From NCBI RefSeq assembly GCF_947568905.1, contig NC_079171.1:49476001-49540000 (forward strand): a stretch of 64,000 bases of DNA. Direction: 5' to 3'. The translations under genes were made by a program, and so were the position numbers. Shown here piece after piece: positions 13,301 through 25,726 of the stretch. The notes beneath the pieces are model-generated. The model searched no databases and was not told the origin of the DNA. It saw only the letters and a list, made by a program, of their open reading frames with translations. Positions within the stretch are counted from its first letter, which is position 1; the number at the start of each line of letters is the position of its first letter. This DNA comes from Ostrea edulis (Eukaryota).

Positions 13301-16300
13301 ATTATACAACCTACATATTTTCAGTCAAAATAAACAATATGAGCCATTGATATTTCAAAAATAGACATGGAGATGTTTAACATATTAATACAAATTAGTT
13401 ACTAGAGTGATTAAAAAAAAACACCATGTAAACATAAACTGTAATCCAGTAGGACCCCCTACCCGAACACCAAGTAGATTTTGCAATAATTTCCATAAAC
13501 GAGCTATATTACATGTACTGTATTGCCATGTAAACTATTATCAATAACTATTAAAAAAGTATTCTCAAGATATTGGGCAGATATCAATAAATTGTTCATT
13601 GTACTACCTTGTATTTGCTGACCTTTAACCTGGAAATCATTAGGGTCATCTACTATTCATAACCAGCCAACATGTGAAATATCATAATTGAACAACAAGC
13701 TCAATATATTGGGGGACACCATCGCATAGAGTACTAGCTGCATTGCACCTAGCCATTTTTAATTGATTGATTTATTGATGTTTTCCACCACACTCAACAA
13801 TTTTTCAGTTATCTGGTGGCGCCCAGTGTTTATTGGTGGAAGAGAGAACCCATATACAATGTACCTGGGGAGAGACCACCGACCTTCCGAATGTAAACTG
13901 GGAAACTTTCTCACTTACCGGCGCAAGTGGGATTCGAACCCGCGCCGACAGAGGCCATGTGATTTTGAGCCCTATGCTCCAACCACTCGGCCAGGGAGGC
14001 CCCTGTCATTTTTAATCTTTTGACCTGAAAATCAATGGGGGTCATATACTACCAGTGACCAACCCCTGTATGAAATATCACTATCAATCAAAGGGTTCTG
14101 AAGAAACTGGTCAGACATCAATTGTACAGAATATTGTATTGCACCTGGTGACCTTTGGACCAGAAAATCAATAGGTGTCATTTTCTACTGCAGAAACTCC
14201 ATGAAACTTTAAAATGTATTGAAGTTTGTTCAGTGTTATTGTAATCTATGTTGACATACCAGTAATTAGAAAACTTATAATATTAACACAGAACAACTCA
14301 TTTTTGCAAAGTTGTTTATTCAACAAACACGGATCACAATGTTATTCAAACAACACAATCATCTTTTTTTTTAAATCATTATAATAGTGATTTTCCTTCC
14401 ACTGTTCAGTAATAAATCCTTATTTAGTAGGCTAACTTAAGAAACTTACAGGTTAATTTTGCAATGTTTTAGTTACATTAGTCTTCTGACACCAAAACTT
14501 GATCTTAACCAAGTTATAAGGTGTGTCCTTAGAAGAATAGACTACCAATTTACTGAATCAGGATGGACTTGTGTCGTGAGGTGTGTTCATTGACTGTAAA
14601 ACTCGCAGGGTTTTTTTCCATTCTCAAGAGCTCTCCTTTATCTTCTATATCATATAAGTGTCATGGAATGCATCTTCTGCTCTTCAAGTTCTAAAAAATA
14701 AAAAATGTGTTGAACAAATATTGAAAAGTTCATCTTATTTTTCACATTTTCATACAGTACACACCTAATTCAATTTGATTAAACTAAATTTACATGTACA
14801 AGATCATTCATGATGCTAGAATAGTAAGTTTACCACTTAACTAATTACTTAATTGGTAGATTATCATCCCCGCCCGCCCCTCAAAAATCATCTGTGAAAT
14901 AAGCATAGCTTTATATATCTGGCATTAAATTATGCACTTCTGTTGACAAAAACTCGTTTCTCATTAATATATTTCTCGGAAAATAAAAATTAAACAATAA
15001 AATCCTCCACCTGTCCCATACTTTTTGGTGACCCTGGATGATAATCTTACTAATTAAGTTGAATTGGCCTAAAGGATGGTATGTTTTGATACAGTTTGTA
15101 TACATGTGTTTATGCTGTATTGAAGAACTATTAATAGTGTTAATACTCATAAATTAACAAGAGGTCCACAGACCTTATTGGTTACCTGAGTATTAATCAA
15201 ATTTCAAAAAAATTCAAAGTATCACTATAGCTCTAAGGGCTATGAAATCCATATTATTCACTATATGACTCTTTTGGACACACAGAGTCGTCCACTTCTG
15301 CTTCATACTTAGATATTTTATTGAAAGTAGACATTAACTGAAAACTGACAACTCAACTGTATGACAAACGAGATGATTTCAGCTTCTCCATCGTCAATTT
15401 CCCACATTTATGTAGCAATATTCCATTATCGCCTGCATATGGTGTTTATATATTTCAACTGATTCGATATGCAAGAGCTTGTTCTGGGTATAGTCAGTTT
15501 TTAAATCGAGGTAAGCTACTGACAAACAAGTTGATGGTACAGGGATTTCAACAGTATCGATTGAAGTCAGCATTTCGCAAATTATATGGTCGTTATAACG
15601 ATCTAGTTCGTCAATACAACCTCGCATTGGGTCAAATGCTGTCGGACGTGTTTCATACCGATTGTTAAGCCGTTCTTGGCACACTGATTTGACTGCGGAT
15701 AACTCCGTTTACCTGATCAGGATATGGGGCTCATGGCGGGTGTGACCGGTCAACAGGGGATGCTTACTCCTCCTACGCACCTGATCCCACCTCTGGTGTG
15801 TCCAGGGGTCCGTGTTTGCCCAACTATCTATTTTGTATTGCTTGTAGGAGTTATGAGATTGATCACTGTTCGTTATCTTCACTTTGCATTCACAACCCTG
15901 TGTTTTCGAAATTCGCAATTTTGGTACCCCTTTCTGCTTTTCCTTCATAAACATTCTGCTTTATTTAATGTAGTTCCACCCTCCTGTGACGTACGTTATA
16001 AGATTTTGCGAAGTCAGTGATTTATTAAGATTTATGCATAACATGAACATAAATTGTGTTCGAGTCTTTTTCAATAGTTATTGTAAAAAATCTTGTATAA
16101 CCATAAAATATTTCAAACGTATATGAATAATCAATGAGCTACATTTTTCACAATGCTATTTGAGTTATTTCCCCCTGATTACAGGGAGCGCGCAGCACAT
16201 TGCTGTCCTCATTTGATGGTGTCAAGTAAGGACTAAATAGAAAATTTGCAATTTCTGATTGCAATCAATTGCCAGTTAAGGAATTTTTCTAAGAATTAAG

Positions 16301-18078
16301 TGTAATGACTTGAAAACAGTATAACTGAATAAAATGTCTTAGTCACTGATTACATGTATGTGGCCCTTATGTGTTTTTCTTGCAAGCAATGTATGGTCAT
16401 GATGTAACAAAGTGTGTAAATATTAACTAGTCCTCAATTTCTTTAGATCAGAATCATGATGTCCTCAGTATATCAGCAATTCTTCATTATTAATTTCTAT
16501 CAATATTTTCGACAACCAAACACAACAAAACATGCAAGAAGATATGCCTAAAACACATGTACAACCAACGCATACATGTACATTATCAATTTATCGTTTC
16601 ACAATGAACAACACTACTTGTTGCTAAATGTACACCAGATGCCAATAAACAAAGCATGTTAATTATCTTGAATTGGCATCTCTAGTGTAAATTTTAACAA
16701 ACATTTACTTGTTAAGAATTTTCAGGCATTATTAGGAAGTCCCCCCTCCTTATCACATGTATGCTTTCATTGTGTTCTTAATTCTAAGTGTCGGTTGTTT
16801 TAAAAACAGACTACTACTGAAATCCTCAGTATTAATTGCATAATTTGGACACAAATAAATGTCAAATACACTTATACCCCCCCTCCCCAACTCTACAACT
16901 TGACGAAGTGTATCTCTTAAAAAGTTTTCTCCATAAAATTGAAGAAATCAAACCCTGGTTCTAAAACAAAATTCTCAATTTTGGTATAGAGCATTTTTAA
17001 AAGTACCGTCAATCCAGAGTCCTTAGATTTACAATCTATATTCCCCTTGTCCCAAAGATGCTTAAAGGAAATTTGAAAAGAACTGGAAGGGTGGTTATCA
17101 AGAAAAAAATATTAATGTTCAATTAACGTTATGGTGACTGACACAGACAAATAGCAATATGTAGGTCATTTGAGTGATTCTCAACGTTGACCTAATTAGA
17201 ATTAATCATTTTTACAAATGATACTGAGCTCATACACATGTGTACATATATGTGTGCGTCATTGGCAACACAACAACTAGTCTTTTTTAGTATGCTAAGT
17301 GAAGCATATTTTTTAGGAAGTTGTGATGAAAACGTTTCAAGTCATCATGTCGCATAAAAAATGGTTGGTCTCATATGATTATTCTAGAGCATTCAGTTTT
17401 CATACAGGCTCTAACCAAGAAACTAAACCCAATGTACCACATTTCCCACATCTATTAATTTGTTTTAGGATATCTAACACTGGGATTCAATTTTGAATTT
17501 CAAATTATGCACTCAATGTGTATGTATTAATGCTGAATATTTACCTCCTCAAAGTCAGCAACTTGGTCAACTCCATCTTTAAATGATTTGCACAGTATAA
17601 TGCTCATACAGCTGAAACACAGAAAAGCCCACATTAATTACATAAAATAGTGGCCATGTACTTGGCCAAAATATGTGATTATTGAATGAAAAAGTAAGAA
17701 TTCAAAAGTATTTGAATATTTACAATTTACATTTGATATTTTTTAATTTACTTCAGTTGACATGACCTACATGTATTAAAATTTGAGGGCCCAGTTACAG
17801 AACCCAATTCAAAACCATCAATTTCCCCCTACTTTCATCATTTAATTTTTCCAAATCAAATGTCCTAAAGTTCATAATTACAGAGATGAGAGAACTTTAA
17901 ATCATAATACTATTTCTGTGATTTCTTCTGTAGATTAGAACCATCACATATTAGTAGGGGTTACCACAGGTAAACAAACTTGAAGGTAGCCTGGCTCACC
18001 AATATATATGATTTTAACATTCTTTATCTAGAATGCACACAGGACATTCACATGTTTGTTTTTTATTGTAAAATTGAC

Positions 18079-18137
<59 letters not shown>

Positions 18138-21100
18138 TCATCACATAGGATTACATGTATTATCATAAATTAAGCCTAGTCCTTCTGAAAATGTCCACAT
18201 GAAACATGATTTTATAAGTACCGGGGTATTCCCCAATTTTACAGATCCTGAACTCCGTGTAACTGTGATAGGAAACTCCCTGAGTGAATGTTAGGTAGGG
18301 GACATACTTAACTAGTATTCTAATTTGTACACCCGTGCAGTAAATGACAGGACTACTTACAATGTTCAGTCTACATGTATACCACTATAACTGACTAACC
18401 TGGCGGGCAATATAAAATAAATTGGGGTTCTCATATGTTTACTAGAAGCCAATTTTTCTGATACATTTTATAGCATTTCGCAAGTTATATGGTCGTTATA
18501 ACGATCTAGTTCGTCAGTATAACCTCACATTGGGTCAAATGCTGTCTGACGTGTTTCATACCGATTGTTAAGCCGTTCTTGGCACACTGATTTTGACTGC
18601 GGATAGCACCGTTTACCTGATCGGGATATAGGGCTCACGGCGGATGTGACCGGTTAACATGGGATGCTTACTCCTCCTAGGCATCTGATCCCACCTCTGG
18701 TGTGACCAGGGGTCCGTGTTTGCCCAACTATCTATTTTGTATTGCTTGTAGGAGTTATGAGATTGATCACTGTTCGTTATCTTCACCTTGCATGCAATAA
18801 AGCGTCAAATTCCACAACATTTACTTTTTCTACGAATACGTAGACGAGTGGATGCTAGAGTCCTGTGACTATGGCAAAGATCAAACGGATTTGTATTCTA
18901 CCAAATAAACAGGAATCCTTTAGCACAATTGAAGATAAAGATCGTGGTAGTGAATTAAGTGAACAAAGAGCATCTAATTTTGATAAACTTCTGAAGAACA
19001 AATTGAATAAAAAATGCAATTTCCACCTCCTGCCATACTGAAAACAAATGAAGGCTGTTCATATTTTCAATACAAGAGAGTGTTACAAAGGGCAATAACT
19101 CTTTCTGGTGTATTTTGGTTTGTGCACCAGAGGAAAGTACTGGTTTATGTGTTTATCTTTGGTTTCTCCACAAATGTGTTTCTGTACTTTTTTAAAGTCA
19201 GATTCAATACATTTTACTAGCATGTGAGTTTACACCAAATGGCTGGGCAAATATATTTTATTCCTCTCTAAAAATTACATATATCAAACCCTTATGTATC
19301 ATAAAAATAATTATTTCTATTGTTTTCAAGGATTAAATAAATACAAAAAAAATTCTAAAAACTGAAACCTAGCTCAAAATAATTTTTACCATTGTTATTT
19401 TTATAAACAATAGCGATTAATTTTTAATTATTCAAAATATAACATATATGTACATATCTTGTCCAGTTGTTGTTAAAGGATCGGTTTCCATGGCAACCGT
19501 TGCTAAGTCAAACCTTTGCATGTCATTTTTGTTTATCTATCATAATATTGTTACACACAAAGTTTCATCAAAATCTGTGACATACCGTGGCCACTGAATT
19601 TTGATAGTTACATAGAATCAGTCTTAAATCGAAATGGTGGAACTGAAATAAAAATACAAGATCTGATACACATAGAATATATAGTGGTATGTGAAGGTAA
19701 TACACAATAATGTGACCAACAAATAATGCATTATGATGGGATTACATGGCACACCGGGAAAAAATAGAGATCCAATCCAAATCGGTGCTAAAGGAAACCA
19801 AACTAGTGGAGATGGAAGGTCCACAGTAGCAATGAATAAGGTAACATGACGATGAAAAAAAGAAAGGGGATGTTTAGTTTGAATATGGTGTACAGACAGA
19901 GATCAATCTCCTAAATCATACAAGATAATATTATGATGATGACCTACCGATTATACGATTATAAAGACTCCTAAACAAACTACTAGATGTATAAAAGTAT
20001 GATCTGTGTACTATTGTTTCCCCACAGTAACAATTCCCGTACACGAAATTCATTCTATTTAATTTAATTTCATTTGACAATTTTAGATAAAAAAAAACCT
20101 ACATTTTGAAAATTTTAAACATTCCTCTTCCTTTAAAAAACATGGCGTCATTTAACATGGATCCTAGTTTATCCTTTCATTATTTCTGATGATTCCATTT
20201 CTCTATCAGTCCCAGTTCTAATGCTAAAGAAGTTTTAATGGTCAAAGATCACGTTCATACATGTATTAGGCAATTGACCTTGACACTAGTTTTAGGTCCG
20301 TTCAATGTTTCTGAAGATCCCGGTCCCTATCATACTTGGTTCTGAAGTTATATCTCGTTTTATGTTTTAGTCACAGGTGTCGCTTGATTTTAATGCTAGT
20401 TTGTAGATCACAACACTGTATCATAATGTTAAAGATTTCATATGTTTATCGGTCTTAATTCTAATGAAATATGAGGTTTTTAAAGGTAAATACCAAAGCT
20501 CAAAGTCACAGAAAAAACCAGTTTGTAGGTCATAGCATCCTTTTTATCATTTCACAAGATTTTTGCATCTTTATTTGCTTTAGTTTTAAAGTACAGTCCC
20601 CAAAGCGTACTACTACACCAGTGGAACGGTGAATGAACGGTTTGGGAACGAGCGGTTTTGCTTGGATAACGAACGCTGAACGGTTTGACGGAACGGTTCT
20701 GATCGATAACGGTTATTATCGAGAATGGGACTTTTTTTTTATTTGACAATATTTTATTATCACACAACAACAATATTAAAGAATGTACATGTACGTACAA
20801 TAATGCTGCAATTAGGGGGTTACGGCTCACGTAGAATACAGTCCATTCACAACCCCCATGACAGTACTACAGGAGGACAGGGTTCCTCTCTGTAGCTGAA
20901 AGAAAAAACATTATAAGCATACTGACAATTCATAAAACAGTTTCACATTTAATCTAATTTCTGATAAATTTCAAAGTAATATAAAAGATTGTTTTTTACA
21001 TACATTTCAATCTCCATATCTGTTGCTGGTCTCTGTTCAAATATTAATTTCATTTTTATTTTGTACATGATGAAAGCAATATTAGATAATAAAAGATTGA

Positions 21101-24100
21101 GACGCTGTGTGTTTGGGTTTTCGACGAAAACAAAACCAAATAATAATGTTTCCACTGAATGTTTAAATGGCATATATTTCGTGCGACCTCCCATAATTGT
21201 TTAACATTGTTGCAATCGAATATTACGTGTTTTATATCTTCCGTCAATTTACAGTTATTGCATAAATTTGAAACGTTTTTATTCCAGATGCTCACAGACT
21301 TATATTGTCCAATAAATTATGTAGCAGTTTGAAACTGAATTCAGCTAGCTGTTTGTCTCTGCATTTTATCATTTTTGATGTATATATTGATTTTCTGTGT
21401 TCTTTGAAGTCATTAAAAAGCTTCGTTAAAGTTTTCTCAAAATAGGGTTTAATGAAGTTTTTAGAAATGAAAATCTTATCTTATATAACATTTTACAATT
21501 AAGTTGATCTAAAGATACGTTTTCATTGTTGCTTAATAAGAATTTGTCATTATTTCATAAACTTGTTTTTATTTGTTTTTACCCTCTCTTCTACTTACTT
21601 TAATGTTCGTTTAAGTAGATTATATTCACAAATCCAGTTAGATTCGTTTTGTATTACATCAGAGAAATATTCTATGTCATGAAAAGTTTCCTCTTGGTTA
21701 GATAAATCCTTTACGTACAGAATCCCACCTTTGCCCAAGGCCAAAAACAATTATGTAATTACTTGGTTCTCAGGCTAGTTTTGTCAAAAATAAAGGAAGG
21801 AGGGAGGCGTTTTTTTCCTTTTTACCTCATAAAAAATATACGAGGACTTTTATTTTATTTCAAATTTCTATTTCTTTAATCCATTGCACAATACACATTG
21901 AAAGAAATGAAGAACATTATTTCCTTCTCTTCTTTTTTTTCTCTCTTGCTATTTCTAGATTCTTTCTTTTTGTGTGGCAACTAGTGATTAGCCCTTCAGC
22001 TTTCACAAGTGGGATAAGCCCCTTCAATTTATTCAACTGTGTTATATGCACAGTAAAATCATATTGGACGGAACATTTACGATATCTACCAGTTTCATCA
22101 GATTGTGTCAAGACCCTGGTCATCAGATAATGCGTTATCATTTCTGTTACATTTCTATGTTTATACAAAATGGAATTGACAGATGAAAACAACAATATTG
22201 TTTTTTTATTCAAGTGTGCATAATTGCTGTAAGTCTATGTCACCTTTGTGTTTAAGGCGTAAATCACGTATCAAAACATGTCATTCAGATTTCAGCGTTT
22301 CTACTTTCGTTTTGATACTGTACTCAATTTCGCCGAATTTGTTCAGTTTATTCCTGCACATACCGCCCTTTATCGTAATTTGGGCGAGGTACATTATCGA
22401 TTATCTCTAGAAGCGGATCGTAAACAATAAAATGTTCTCTTAAAATCAACCGTCTTTGTTTTTTTGTTTGTTTTTTTTAGACAAAATGTTGTGGCAAAGG
22501 CGACAACACGCCATTACTCAAACCAAACTGCATTATGTATGGCGCGATTTGATTGCACGTGTCTGTATCCTCCAGACGTTTGTCAAACATTTTACTGACG
22601 GTAGTCTCTAAAATGCGGTCGGGGTTTCCGGATTTTTCTTAGTACCTTACGAGCGCATGAGATAAATTTTATTTTATTCATTTAATGATAAAAATGGGTA
22701 ATGCGCGTTGTTAAAAGAAATGCAGGCGGACCTGAGAACCAAGTAATTAATTTTCTTCGGCTCAGTGAGTGTAAAATAAAGAATGTTTTTTATTTGGAAA
22801 TTTTCATTTAGCCAGATAGGTTATGATAGAGCCTTGTCTGCTGATGCATATATTTTCCCTGTAAGTTTGCATTCACTAAACGCATACAAAACTTCACAGT
22901 AAAAAGTAGGTAAATTTTAAACGCATTTTAAGATCACATATATTTGTATTGTTAGTTTTCAAGAGATATATTAAATATATTGATTTTTTACCTATACATG
23001 ATTCGAAAAACGATTTCATTGTCGAATTATTTTTGGATAAGCGTTTTATCTATATAGCTTTTAACGATATGAATTTATTTTCCACATCGACAAATTTCGC
23101 AAATTTTATGGCTGTTATAGCGATCTATTTTGACAATACAGCCTATTATTTGGGTCAAATGCTGTTTGGCGTGTTTCGTACCTATTGTTAGGCCGTTCTT
23201 GGCGCACTGATTTTGACTACAGATAACTTCATTTACCTGATCAAGATATAGGTGAATTTCACAACCCCAGGGTTTTGACTGTAGGATGGGTTCAAATTAG
23301 TCATATCTTTTAGTGTTTTAATGTTAATACACCTATTACATTATTTAAAGCCTTACATCAGTGTATTTACTTTTGAGGACATTGAAATTTTAAGAATATG
23401 TCTTCTTTTATAGAGATTTGAATATTATTATTTAGCTTAGATATTCAGAAAAATAAATTTTGCATATTTTATAGCACTTGGGTCTAGTGATTCTTTGGAT
23501 CTCTTGGTTTCAATTGTGCTTACTATTGATTTAAGGCAAGAAAGACAAGGAAAACAGATCAAAATATGAAGACATTTTCCATCTCTTGCTTTGGGCGATA
23601 TTTGCCAACAGAAAAGAGATAGCCGAGATTTGCTGGCTTCGAAGCGAAAATCATCTATGTGAGTATTTGATGTATATAGAATTATTATCTTCCCAGTGGA
23701 TGTTTTATATATATTATAATCCAAATAAACTTTTATTGATTTAGTGACCGGTTTAGTATCTTCAGCCGTGTTACGGAAGTTAGCTAATAAGGCAAATAAT
23801 GTGAAAGAACAAATCCTATCAAGCGAGTTGGAGGAACATTCAAAGTTAGTATTTTATTTTAACGACTGGAAACTAGAGTACTGTTTTATATACACATATT
23901 TATACACAGAAAAATTATTTAATGTAATTATCCAACCTCCATGTACATAAAAAGCAAATAAAACATGCTTGGTATTATCATTTTATATTGTACAATGGTT
24001 GGAACACAGTTATACGTACAAGGGGTGACTTGAAAAAATACTTGTCAAAGCAAATCGTAAAAATATACCAATGAAAGTTGATGAAATAAAAGTTTTTTCT

Positions 24101-24238
24101 TCTCAATGCTACGGCTCAGAATGGAAATCCTGAAATGAGTAAACCCTTGATATTATTATTCTGCATTTTTACTCTTTATGAGTAGATATCGTATGATAGG
24201 AAAGTGAAAAATACTCCCTCACTATCCATCAAAGCTTT

Positions 24239-24311
<73 letters not shown>

Positions 24312-25672
24312 GGTGTTAAGAAAATTCGTTCCGTTTGTAAATTTTAAAAATTAAATAGAAAAACTAAATATTTTTGTTTCAAATTTTTACTGGGAACACT
24401 TTAGAATTTTGTTTCCATTATATCGATAGTTATCCTTCCCTATGTGCACTCTCTCGTGTTACTATGGAGTGATGTAAACATAATGTCTATTACGTCATGA
24501 AATAAATATGCCGAGTTCGTTGAAAAAGCAGACGTCCTGTACAAGTGTCGATACAATTAATGAACGAGCTCAAGCTTTGGCTTTATTAGATGCAGGATTA
24601 AGTGTGAAGGATGTGGCTAAGCAACTATGTAAAAGTGAGCGATGGGTAACAAAGTGGAGACGAAGGTGAGAGCAAAATAAACAAGTAACCGATCAACCGA
24701 GATCCGGTCGGCCATCGAAAATAGTGGGGGTAGTAAAGAAAAAAGTGGAGAACATAAAATACAAAAGAGGAAAATCAGCAAGAAACTTAAGAACTCAGGC
24801 TTTAATGTAAGTCACGTAACTGTTTATAATTATTTGCGAAAAGTTAAAAAATGGAAGGCATTTAAAAGATCGAGAAATCAACTACTGACAAAAAAACAGA
24901 GGCAAAAGAGATTGAAATTTGCTCGTGATCACAAGCATTTGACGGCTGAAGACTGGGAGAACTACATCTTTAGTGATGAATCTACAAAATATTTGTTTCA
25001 TGTTCCGAACCGACAGGACGATATTGTATGGGGGTCCCAGTCAGATGAGGTTCCAGACGTAAGCTGTGTCAAGTCAAGAGCTAAAGTCATAATACGGGGT
25101 GCGATGGGAGTTCAGGGTTTGTCCAAATTTCACATTGTTCCAGCCGGCAAAACTATTAATGCTGACTATTATGTGAAGAAAATTCTTCAAAAAGAACTAA
25201 AACCTGGTCTGAATCGACAGAAAAATAGTGGTAGGATTGACGAACGAAAGTTGGTTCAATATCCAGGACACGCTACGTTTGTTCAAGATGGAGCGACACC
25301 TCACACTGCCCTCCTAACACAAAATTGGTGTGAAAATAATTTACCAAACTTTATTTCGAAAGAAGAATGGCCAGGCAATTCCCCAGACCTAAATTGTATA
25401 GAAAATCTTTGGAGTATTCTGAACAGCGAGGCCTACAAAGATCCGCGCCCAACAACAATGAGCCAATTACGCCGCCGACTTCAACGTACATGGAGGGAGA
25501 TACCTCAGAAACATTTGATTTCTTTAATTCATTCAATGCCAAACAGAATTAAAAATGTATTGAAAAACAAAGGTGGACTGTCTGGTTATTAAAAACATAA
25601 AAACTTGTATATGAGTCGTTTATAAATAAGTTTAGGCATGATGTGAATCATGGAACGAACTTTCTTAACACC

Positions 25673-25726
<54 letters not shown>

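Noticed and set aside
13920-14003. Possible tRNA gene
   Set aside because: It has A and B boxes but no closed acceptor stem, and continues into a SINE body and tail shared with 39510-39763.
16186-16226. 41-nt AG/GT-bounded candidate extra TRPM exon
   Set aside because: Its length is not a multiple of 3, so it would break the frame between two phase-1 junctions.
19484-19497. RFX X-box palindrome GTTTCCATGGCAAC (also at ~12702)
   Set aside because: Both sit in repeat-like intronic sequence far from any identifiable promoter; no support for function.
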